A stretch of 50,833 nt of DNA, taken from positions 1 through 50,833 of the forward strand of contig JNEM01006006.1 in NCBI GenBank assembly GCA_000697335.1, written 5' to 3'. Positions 12,860 through 23,666 of the stretch are shown here, piece after piece. The notes under the pieces are model-generated. The model was not told the DNA's origin, did not search any database, and saw nothing but the letters and a program-made list of their open reading frames with translations. The DNA is from Conidiobolus incongruus B7586 (lineage: Eukaryota). The position numbers and the translations under genes are program-made. Each line of letters opens with the position of its first letter. Position 1 is the first letter of the stretch.

Positions 12860-15032
12860 ATGTCACATCCAGATCCAAAATCTTATATCACTTATATATT
12901 TTCGCTAATTGAAAAAGAATTCCAAAGCTCAAAGGATGATTCTTTATACTCTAGTAATATTTCAAATATATTCTATCATTAAATATCTATTAATAATTTT
13001 TTAAAGCTTATTTTAAAGTCATTCAACAAATTGATGAACCTAATATAATAAAAATTCAAGATGAATTAACTTGTAAAATCCTTGACTATTTGGAAGAATT
13101 AGATGAAAATTATAAAAAATTAGCAGAAATAACAACAGGTTGATTAAGTTGTAATTAATTAATATTTAATATTAAATAATATGTATAGACAGGGATAGTG
13201 AACCTCTACTCAATATTACGAATTATGGTCCAAATTCTAATCTTTCGAAATTATTGGGTAGTTTGATTGTTGTTGCATTATATTCTAATTATGCTAACGG
13301 TGCTAATATTGGGATTGGCGAGAGGAAGAGTTATAGCTGGTTTGTTAATGGTAATTAGACATTAGTTAAATATAGTTGATAGAACTGATATATAATTTTT
13401 AGGGATTGGCAATATCGATCAATTGATCAATTCTTTGGACACCATTTCTCAATCTTCCAATTTCCTCAAAACCATGAGAGTCTTAACCAACTTTTTAATC
13501 ACTGAAAATGATAAAACTATGAAGTTTAGAGATTACAAAGATTTGACACCTATTGGACTCAGTATTCAAAATTTTTTTATGTTGGATTTGTTTGCTGCTA
13601 TTAATCAGATTCTCAATGGTCCTGACAAATTGGATCCTAATAAGTACTTTGCAAGTGATGAGGATCGTAATGAATTTGCCAAGAGGTTGAATTGTCTAAT
13701 GAATGGGTAATTTAATATACGATAGTAAATGTATTGACTTATTGATGAGATTTAGTCTTTCGTCATATTCCATTATTGAAACTATTTTTATATTGATAAC
13801 ACCAACCCCATCCCGAAAACCTCCAACTTGGTTGCATAAATCATGTGGGCATTTACTGTCTGTGATATTGATGCAACCAAATGGTGTCAAGCATATGATT
13901 GATTATTTTTGTCACGGTGTTGATGAAGGTAATCCAACTCTTTTAGTATTATGATAGTTATTGATATATTTATAATTTTAGTGGATATTAACGCTACAGA
14001 TATGGAGAGCGTTGCCAAAATTTTTACCACTATCCCTAAAACTTGTAAAAAACCTGAGGTAATATCATACATAATCATTAATATTTAATATTAATATTTA
14101 ATATTAATATAAATTATATTAGGACTATACCGATCGAATCATACCTCAACTAGCGAAACATGCTTCAATCGAACTCGACCCAGAAAATCCTGTAGCAAAA
14201 TTAAAACTCATAACCAGCTTATCAGCATTTATCATTGTTAGGGCTCTAGAAACATTTGACTTTCTTTCGGGTCCACGTTATACAGGAGTCTTCATGCATC
14301 CAATGGTCATCTGGATCAAAAATTATTCTCAAGATCCCAACCCAGCCATGGACAGAGATCAAGTTCTAGTCAAACAATCCGACTTCCAACCTTGGATCAA
14401 TTTAATCGACCGCACACTACTTCAATTCTACCCGAATGCCAACCAACGTTATTTAATATTAGCGCGCTTTGTCAACCCTCTATTCCATTTGATCACATGC
14501 TGTCACACTCAGAAATCAACAGAAATGAAGCAAAAGTTCATGACTTGTCTTTCATCCTACCTAGAGAAATTACCACTCCATTTCTTTGTTCAAAGAATGT
14601 TCCAATTACTCAATAATTGGCAATGCTTTGGAGCTACTTCCAATTTGAAATTTGTTATCAGTGTAGATGATCAAATCTTGTTGAAGAGAGTGTAAGTAAT
14701 TAATGCCAATACTTCATCCTATTTATTAATTATGCTATTTTTATAGCCATATCCAAACTTCTAACACTTCAGATATTTATAATATCAACAGACATAATAT
14801 AGATTGTTTACTAGAATTGATAGAATTAACTCGATCGCAATCCGAATATCAGTCTATTTACGATCATTTCATGTTTTATTCCAAAGGCATTAATAATTCA
14901 AAAGACTTGAAATTCATTATAAGGTAATTTTCAAAAGTTTATTTTGTTATCTTGATATTTATTATAATTTTTAGTGACAATATTATGAATCAAATTTTAG
15001 AAAAATTCAAAATCAAGTTGGAATCCCAATAA
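12860..15032 (+). CDS. Rtp1/TANGO6-like HEAT-repeat protein (RNA polymerase II assembly/import factor), multi-exon, apparently N-terminal/central part only
   Basis: Segment PPTWLHKSCGHLLSVILMQPNGVKHMIDYF...MESVAKIFTTIPKTCKKPEDYTDRIIPQL resembles the conserved Rtp1/TANGO6 core. ORF fragments join via ~50-nt GT-AG introns (e.g. 13707-13755). Manual model stops at TAA 15030-15032. Confidence 0.7.
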
Positions 15033-15251
15033 AATCTGAAAAATGTAACCAAATTAAACATTTTATAAACTATGCTAATGTAGTACATAAATTTTGATTA
15101 ACTCCATATATAGTATTTAAATATAATATTTTTATCTCACAGTTATCCCCCAATTTGAAAAATATATTCTAAAATTTATCTACTATTCGCAATATTTTTG
15201 AATTTCAATATTTATAAATATTATTACTTGATTTTCAAATATTAGAAAGTT

Positions 15252-15510
15252 TTGAATATTCAATTATTTAAGCTATGACTTGGGATTGTAATATGAATAT
15301 CAATATCACTAGTTTTTTAATTCAACGTTTGTCATTGGTTTGATGCACTAGCCTTGAGCCATATAAGTATGCTAAATGCAGTTATATCAATAAATTTATA
15401 TTTTTGCTTATTGTAATCAACCCAAAAAGGCTTTGATATTATTTCATCAAGTTAGTAGCAAGGATAAAATATATACTGTATCCAATGATTACAATATAAA
15501 ATAAATCTTA
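15252..15510 (-). repeat. Dispersed repeat copy B (inverted relative to 4796-5055)
   Basis: Reverse complement aligns to copy A with mostly transition differences. Confidence 0.85.
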
Positions 15511-17999
15511 TTTCGTAAACTCAAAGCTATTGTAGAAAATTAATTAGATACAATTACTCAACAATATCTAAAGAATTTAAACATAAAACAAACATAGGCA
15601 TAGATTTTAACTATTGCACGATGATATTTACTGATACTGGTCATAAAGATTTCCAAATTCATTTGACAAATTTTATAACTGTATTTAAAAATATAATACA
15701 AAATTTGACGTTATATTTATAATATATTTATTTCATATAAAAATATTAATTGACAAAAATATATCTGAATTGATCATTTTTATAATTGTTGATATATTAC
15801 AATATTCAAAAATTTTCATTAATCGTGGGCTTTTGAAGATAAAATCATCATATAGAATAAAACTATCAAAAAATATTTGAAAATTATCTTATAATATAAA
15901 TAGAAAATATATCAATATAATTTGATGTATATTAAATCAGTGAAATAATAATTCCTAAATATCAGAATAATTAAATTAATCATTATACTTTAGAAAAAAT
16001 TGTATTTTTCTCAGATACAAAAATTTGAATTTTTATGAGGTGATAGAATTTATTTTAATATTTCTTTTTTATTCAGATCACAAAGTTGAGCATTGTTTAT
16101 TTTTTGTTAATACAAACTAAATATTTAGAAATTATTATAATTATATTTTGAACAATATTAAATATTAGAAAAAATTAAATTTGCTTACTTTTATATTGAA
16201 ACTTCATCGATACCTTGTGTAATATAATAATTTTATAAATTAAGAAAAATCAGTGAAAATAATAGTTTAATCCAAAAAGGTGTAAATATCTAAATACATT
16301 AAAGTACAAAATATTTATTTCAAGTCTATGAATCTTTAAAAATAGATATTTATTGTCAATTAAAGAATTGTATGTTTTTATATTGAATATTTTTTAAAAA
16401 TTCATTTATCATTAAATAATTAAAATATTTTTAATAATATATCTTAACATTGATCGATTTTAATAACGCAATTTTGTCAAATATTACTAATTACTATTCA
16501 AAAATAGTAATAATAGGATCAATATTAATTGCTAAAGTTTGACAAATGTCATTCTATAAGCTTATATTTGTACAGAAAAATGGATTTCAACTTATCTGAG
16601 ACTAGTATTTTTAAAATTACTATAGCTTCAAATTATTATTAATATTTTAATATATAAACATATTATCAAATATTAAATATTATTATTAGTATATTATATG
16701 ATTTTTGAATGAAATATTTGAATTTAAAAAATACTACACAAAAATTTAATTAGATTTTAAAAATTACTCCACAATAATCTCATAGAAAAACTAAATATCA
16801 AACTTGTAATACACATCTCATAGTTGGTAATATTATTAAATTTAGGAGTTGAAAACTTTAATATGATTCTATAATTTTCAGAATCTTTATGGTAATAATT
16901 AACAAATAATACAAACATCATATATTTTAATATATTTCTCCTTTAGGGGATATTGTAATTTTTGTAAATAAGGTAATAAATCATATTTAATCACCAAAAT
17001 ATTTCGATTTCATCATTTTGTTAAGCTACCAGAATTATATTGAAGTGTGATTATTAAAATTCTGATCTCTTTATCCAATTAGGAACCCGAGGGTTTGGAT
17101 CACATATAAGTCAAAATTTACTGAATATAGTGACAACTTTTAAAGTAATTTTATTCTATATTTCCTTGATGTGAAGCCCATTATTATATATTATTTACCA
17201 AAATAAAAAAAATACTCTCTAGTGTTCTATAAATTGGTTAAATTAACTCTTGAATCCCATCACAAATGTAATACAGAAGATTGTAAAAAGAAAACAGTGT
17301 TAAAAAATAAATATCAATAATCAAGATTAAACAAGGAGTTAGTCCTTAATCAGAAAACATATCATATGTTAAGACTTTATTAATATGATCATCTCTAAAA
17401 CTAGCCTTATCTACAAATTAATGTATTTGCGGAAAGATATAAATAGATTTGGAAGAACGAAATCAAAAGAAATCACTAACTGTTATACTGATAGAATAAA
17501 TACAGAATGGGTCAATGTCACGTTGCAGTACTTTCAAAAATCTATTACTATGGATTCAAAGAACACACGTGTAAGACAGTTTGCTAATGTTATATAGTCA
17601 ACTACATCATTAATATTAAAGAAATCCACTCTTATCATGAGAGTGATACATTAGAAGGTGTATTAGGTCATCCTTCAAACCAATATACAAAATAACTTAC
17701 CTCAAATATACTTTAGTTAGCTTCTTATTCAATAATATAGGTAATTAATAGCAAATCAATCGAATGGAGTGATCAAATAATTGGAAATAATTGGTTGGAT
17801 TAATATTTTACAAATATCAATAAAGTGGATATTTAATTTAGCATAAAGAGCTTGAGAAAATTTTGAGCTTGTATACAATAAACAGGTACCATTTATTATT
17901 AAAATTAAAATCCAATTAGTTTAATTGTATATGCACGTTTTTAGTTGATATTTTCTCATAAATGTGATAGTAATCGATTGCAGGTATGTATGATGTTAA

Positions 18000-18016
18000 T
18001 ATATAAAGATGCTGAA
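18000..18016 (+). promoter_or_regulatory. TATA-containing motif upstream of alkaline phosphatase copy 1
   Basis: TATATAAAGATGCTGAA about 76 nt upstream of the ATG; related motifs sit at the same spacing before all five paralogues. Confidence 0.6.
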
Positions 18017-18075
18017 ATATGAATAGCAAGATTTAGCAATTGAGCTTTCTATTTATTTAATTTAATATATTTATC

Positions 18076-20112
18076 ATGCAGGTTCCTACTGTTGCTGGTC
18101 TTGCTACCCTTTTATTCGCTTTTGGCACTGAAGCCATTCAATTAATCAAACACTCTACTTGCCCTGGAGCTCCCTGTGTTCTTCCTCCCACTGGCGCCGA
18201 ATTTTTAGTCGGTGCTCATTTCGATACTCGTGTTGAAATTCACGATGAAATTAAGCTCAATGCTAATGGTAACTTCTCTGTTTCTATTAGTAAATACCAA
18301 GGTGATAAGCTTGGATATCCTGAATCTTTCGAAAAATTCTTCAAAGTCAAGAAATCTCCTGAACTCGAAAGATGGAACTTTACCTACACTAAGGATGCTG
18401 AAAAATTCTACAAGGCTTTAGATGGTGATAAATCCGCTGAAACTAAAGTTAATTCTGCCTCCAAGATCTGGAGAAATATTCATTTCAACGAACCTGGTAA
18501 GTATCAGATCACTTTGAAATACAACAATGATCAAGTCCATACTGTTGATTGGATCGTTCGTGCTCCCGCTTGTAAGCCTGTCGCTAAGAATGCTATCTTT
18601 TTCATTGGTGATGGTATGACTGCTAACATGATCACTGCCGCTCGTACTTTATCTCGCCAACACACTCATGGTAAATACTTCAATAAGCTCCACCTTGATA
18701 ATTTGGATTATGTCGGTCAAATCCTTACCCACTCTGTTGACTCCATCATGACTGACTCTGCCAACTCTGCCAGTGCCTACAACTCTGGTCACAAATCCAC
18801 TGCTGGTGCTCTTGGTGTCTATCCTGATACTTCTGCCGATACCTTTGATGATCCTAAGGTCGAACTTTTAGCTGAATTGGCTAGACGTAGATCCGCTAAG
18901 AATGGTGGTCCAATGGGTGTTGGTATTGCTACTACTGCCGAAGTTCAAGATGCTACTCCAGCTGCCGTCTTTTCCCACACCAGACAACGTGGTAACAAGA
19001 AGGAAATCGTCGATCAATTGATTCACGGTTCCAAGAATTTCACTGCTCCCGTTGTTGCTGATGTCTTCCTTGGTGGTGGTGGTGCTTACTTCCATGGTCA
19101 ACCTGGAACCGGTAAATCTCTTAACAAGAAGAACTACTACGACATCTACGCTAGGGAAAAAGGTTATCATGTTGTCTACGATAAGGATCAATTGGCTAAG
19201 GCCCCCACTAACAAGCCTCTTTTGGGTATTTTCCATCAAGGAAATATGAATGTCTGGTTAGATCGTAATGTCTACTCTGACCGTCTCCTCAAGAAGAAGG
19301 ATCATCCCTCTGGTAATAATGGTACTGCTCATGCTCAACCTGGTTTGGTTGACATGACCAAGAAGACCTTGGATATCTTGAAGAAGCGCTCCAAGAATGG
19401 TTTCTTCGCTATGATTGAAGGTGCCAGTATTGACAAACAAATGCATACTTTTGACTATCACCGCTCACTCGCTGAAATCATTGAATTTGACAATGCTATT
19501 AAGGCTGCTGTTGACTGGGTCCAAAAGAATGATCCCCATACTTTGATTGTTGTGACTGCTGATCATGGTCACGGTTTCGATGTCTACGGTACTGTTGATA
19601 CCGAGCTCTTCAACAAGGCTCCCAAGGATGACCGTTATGAAACCAAGCGTCAAGCTATTGGTGCTTATGAATTAGCTGGTTTCCCCGACTACGAAGATAA
19701 GGATGGTGATGGTTTCCCTGACAAGTGGGATGTCCGCACTGTTTTCGCTGCTGGCACTAACAACAACCCCGATCTCTTAGACAACTTCCAAGTCAATGCC
19801 ACTGCCCGTGTTGCAACCGAAGTCGATCCTCACAGCAAGCACAAGTACAATACTTTCGTCCCTGCTAAGAACGAAGGTACTGGTGGTCTCCCCAAACAAG
19901 GTAACTTGCCCCTCAATGAAAGCCAAGGTGTCCACTCCATGACTCAAGTTCCTGTCTTTGCCTATGGTCCTGGTGCCCATCTCTTCGGTCGCGTTATGGA
20001 CAACACCGAAGTATTCTTCAACTTCGCCCACGCCCTCGGTTTGGGAGGTGGCGATGACGAATGTGAATGTATCGATGTTCCCGCTGATAGAATTCCCAAG
20101 TGGAAATTATAA
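18076..20112 (+). CDS. Secreted alkaline phosphatase, copy 1 (678 aa, intact, intronless)
   Basis: Signal peptide plus AP motifs: FIGDGM, TDSANSA (catalytic Ser), DATPAA, MIEGASIDKQMH, VTADHGH, GVHS. Confidence 0.96.
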   Translation: MQVPTVAGLATLLFAFGTEAIQLIKHSTCPGAPCVLPPTGAEFLVGAHFDTRVEIHDEIKLNANGNFSVSISKYQGDKLGYPESFEKFFKVKKSPELERWNFTYTKDAEKFYKALDGDKSAETKVNSASKIWRNIHFNEPGKYQITLKYNNDQVHTVDWIVRAPACKPVAKNAIFFIGDGMTANMITAARTLSRQHTHGKYFNKLHLDNLDYVGQILTHSVDSIMTDSANSASAYNSGHKSTAGALGVYPDTSADTFDDPKVELLAELARRRSAKNGGPMGVGIATTAEVQDATPAAVFSHTRQRGNKKEIVDQLIHGSKNFTAPVVADVFLGGGGAYFHGQPGTGKSLNKKNYYDIYAREKGYHVVYDKDQLAKAPTNKPLLGIFHQGNMNVWLDRNVYSDRLLKKKDHPSGNNGTAHAQPGLVDMTKKTLDILKKRSKNGFFAMIEGASIDKQMHTFDYHRSLAEIIEFDNAIKAAVDWVQKNDPHTLIVVTADHGHGFDVYGTVDTELFNKAPKDDRYETKRQAIGAYELAGFPDYEDKDGDGFPDKWDVRTVFAAGTNNNPDLLDNFQVNATARVATEVDPHSKHKYNTFVPAKNEGTGGLPKQGNLPLNESQGVHSMTQVPVFAYGPGAHLFGRVMDNTEVFFNFAHALGLGGGDDECECIDVPADRIPKWKL

Positions 20113-21632
20113 ATCCAAAATTTAGAATCATTTAATTAATCATCAAATATAAACAATTTCATTATTTAATTAATTTTATACATTTTTAATAAATCATAGC
20201 TTTATCATTAATAATAATTACAGCTTGGATCAATTTAATGTAATAATTAAATATATGGTTTTATATTTCTAATTTTGAATATTACCAACATATGTACTAA
20301 AATAAATCATTTAAATAATTGATTAAGTATTTTAACTTAATTATTTATAATACTACTTTGATAAGTAGCAGCTATAGATAACACAACCCTTAATCTTTAT
20401 TAATATCTATCATTTCAGTATTTCTTATAACTTATTGTATGTGATTGGATATTGATCCAACTAATGATTCTTTAATTTTTAACTAAATAGTTTGATCAGT
20501 AATAAAAATAGATTCAAATTAACAATTACGTTATTAATTTGTAAGTGTCTATCATATTTTTCATAGTAGATTATAATTTCCAATTGATATATTTATTCAG
20601 TTTCTATTTTCTCTATTATTTATATTAAAGATTTGACTATTCAAACCCAACTGATGTTTTCAAAGTCATTTAATCATTTGTTTTGCAATAAAAATTAGTT
20701 CAACATTAGCAAGTTGAATAGCTCATAAGAATATTTAGTCAATTCCAACTATAAGTGATAAAACCACAATAATTCAAATGGCAGTATATTTTCAATAATC
20801 GGATCAAGTATATTCATTATTTTCTTTTATCAATTTTTGAAATATATAATATTACTTTATCAACCATTGAGATAGCTCTCATTTGATATATTAGACTAAT
20901 AAAGTCATTGGCAAGAGTTGAAAAAGCTATCATATAAGTTTTTTACCTTTTGATTGTGCGATATATAATTAGCTTGAAGACTATCATTTATTAGAATGAT
21001 TACTTGAAATAATTTATTATAATCGAAAATATTGAATATTAAATTTTAGTAAATTATTGAATATTAATAAATTAAGTATAATTTAAAAAATGAGTTTAAT
21101 AATAAGATTTATTTATCACACTTTTGATTAACATTGGATAAAATTCAGATAATTTCCTTAACTTTTCCAGTAATTATATATCATAAAATAATTAATTCTC
21201 ATTTTTATAATATTTTATCACAAATTTAGTAGTATTATTAAGCCATTTATCTATAGTAATAAATAACTGATTGAAATATTAATATTATGAAAAATATTTT
21301 TAATAATTGATATATAAACATTAAAAAGTGAACTAATTTTTATAATCTTTGATTTCATTTTCTTATTAAAAATAATAATGATACTTTGTATAATTATTTT
21401 AGTAATCGATTATATATATCATTGTCAATTTGTTATTTTCCATATTTTAATTAATTTAAATAATTTTAAAAATTATATATTGATTAAATTATAAATATTA
21501 AGAATTAAACACTATTAATAAAATTAAATAATAATTTAAAAATCATAAAATTAAAACTGTTCTAAAAATATAAAAAAATAAATTATTGTTATTAAAAATT
21601 ATTAAATATAGTTAAATTGATTCTAAAATCTA

Positions 21633-23666
21633 TCATTTCCATTTGGGAATTCTATCAGCAGGGACATCAATACATTCACACTTTTCATCACCACCACCCA
21701 ATCCGAGAGCGTTAGCGAAGTTGAAGAATACTTCAGTGTTGTCCATAACACGACCGAAAAGATGGGAACCAGGACCATAGGCAAAGACAGGAACTTGAGT
21801 CATGGAGTGGACACCTTGGCTTTCGCTGAGAGGTAAGTTACCTTGTTTGGGGAGACCATTACCACCTTCGTTCTTAGCAGGAACATAGGTATTGTATTTG
21901 TGAGGAGAGTGAGGATCAACTTCGGTAGCAACACGAGCAGTAACGTTAACTTGATAATTTTCGAAGAGATCGGGGTTGTTGTTGGTACCAGCAGCGAAAA
22001 CAGTGCGGACATCCCACTTGTCAGGGAAACCATCACCATCCTTATCTTCGTAATCAGAGAAACCAGCTAATTCATAAGCACCAATAGCTTGACGCTTGGT
22101 TTCATAACGGTCATCCTTGGGAGCCTTGTTGAAGAGCTCGGTATCAACAGTACCGTAGACATCGAAACCGTGACCATGATCAGCAGTGACGACAATTAAG
22201 GTGTTGGGATCATTCTTCTTGGCCCATTCAACAGCGGCGTGGACAGCATTGTCAAGTTCAATGATATCAGCAAGAGAACGATGGTAATCATAAGCATGCA
22301 TTTGCTTATCAACACTGGCAGCTTCAATCATAGCGAAGAAACCATTCTTGGAGCGCTTCTTCAAGATATCCAAGGTCTTCTTGGTCATGTCAACCAAACC
22401 AGGTTGAGCATGAGCAGTACCATTGTTACCAGAGGGGTGATCTTTCTTCTTGAGTAAACGGTCAGCGAAAACATTACGATCTAACCAAACATTCATGGTA
22501 CTTTGATGGAAAATACCCAAAAGAGGCTTGTCAATGGGAGCCTTTTCTAATTCGTGCTTGTCATGAACGACATGATAGCCCTTTTCTTTGGCATAGATGT
22601 CATAGTAGTTTTGTTTGTTGAGAGATTTACCAGTACCGGGTTGAGCATGGAAATAAGCACCACCACCACCGAGGTAGACATCAGCAACAACGGGCCCGGT
22701 GAAGTTCTTGACACCATGGATTTGTTGATCAGTAATTTCTTTCTTGGTGTCACGTCTTCTGGTATGGGAGAAGACGGCAGCTGGAGTAGCATCTTGAACT
22801 TCGGCAGTAGTAGCAATACCAACACCCATTGGACCACCATTCTTAGCGGATCTACGTCTAGCCAATTCAGCTAAAAGTTCGACCTTAGGATCATCAAAAT
22901 TATCAGCGGAAGTATCAGGATAGACACCAAGGGCACTGGCTGTAGATTTGTGACCAGAGTTGTAGGCACTGGCAGAGTTGGCAGAGTCAGTCATGATGGA
23001 GTCAACAGAGTGGGTAAGGATTTGACCGACATAATCTAAATTATCAAGGTGGAGCTTATTGAAGTATTTACCATTGGTTTGCTTGCGAGACAAGGTACGG
23101 GCAGCAGTGATCATGTTAGCAGTCATACCATCACCAATGAAGAAGATAGCATTCTTGGCAACAGGCTTACAAGCGGGAGCACGAACGATCCAATCAACAG
23201 TATGGACTTGATCATTGTTGTATTTCAAAGTGATCTGATACTTACCAGGTTCGTTGAAATGAATATTTCTCCAGATCTTGGAGGCAGAGTTAACTTTGGT
23301 GAGAGCAGATTCATCACCATCTAAACCTTTATAGTATTTTTCGGCATCTTTAGCATAAGTGAAATTCCATCTTTCGAGTTCAGGAGATTTCTTGACTTTG
23401 AAGAATTTTTCGAAAGATTCAGGATATCCAAGCTTATCACCTTGGTATTTACTAATAGAAACAGAGAAGTTACCATTAGCATTGAGCTTAATTTCATCGT
23501 GAATTTCAACACGAGTATCGAAACGAGCACCGACTAAAAATTCAGCACCAGCAGGAGGAAGAACACAGGGAGCTCCGGGGCAGGTAGAATGTTTGATAAA
23601 TTGAATGGCTTCAGTGCCAAAAGCGAATAAAAGGGTAGCAAGACCAGCAACAGTAGGAACCTGCAT
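21633..23666 (-). CDS. Secreted alkaline phosphatase, copy 2 (677 aa, intact, intronless)
   Basis: Same motifs as copy 1; N-terminal ~100 codons nearly identical to copy 1. Confidence 0.96.
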   Translation of the reverse strand: MQVPTVAGLATLLFAFGTEAIQFIKHSTCPGAPCVLPPAGAEFLVGARFDTRVEIHDEIKLNANGNFSVSISKYQGDKLGYPESFEKFFKVKKSPELERWNFTYAKDAEKYYKGLDGDESALTKVNSASKIWRNIHFNEPGKYQITLKYNNDQVHTVDWIVRAPACKPVAKNAIFFIGDGMTANMITAARTLSRKQTNGKYFNKLHLDNLDYVGQILTHSVDSIMTDSANSASAYNSGHKSTASALGVYPDTSADNFDDPKVELLAELARRRSAKNGGPMGVGIATTAEVQDATPAAVFSHTRRRDTKKEITDQQIHGVKNFTGPVVADVYLGGGGAYFHAQPGTGKSLNKQNYYDIYAKEKGYHVVHDKHELEKAPIDKPLLGIFHQSTMNVWLDRNVFADRLLKKKDHPSGNNGTAHAQPGLVDMTKKTLDILKKRSKNGFFAMIEAASVDKQMHAYDYHRSLADIIELDNAVHAAVEWAKKNDPNTLIVVTADHGHGFDVYGTVDTELFNKAPKDDRYETKRQAIGAYELAGFSDYEDKDGDGFPDKWDVRTVFAAGTNNNPDLFENYQVNVTARVATEVDPHSPHKYNTYVPAKNEGGNGLPKQGNLPLSESQGVHSMTQVPVFAYGPGSHLFGRVMDNTEVFFNFANALGLGGGDEKCECIDVPADRIPKWK

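Noticed and set aside
17385..17597. 70-aa ORF upstream of phosphatase copy 1 (similarly 9178-9375 and 34140-34328)
   Set aside because: AT-rich, no motifs or splice support; probably spurious.
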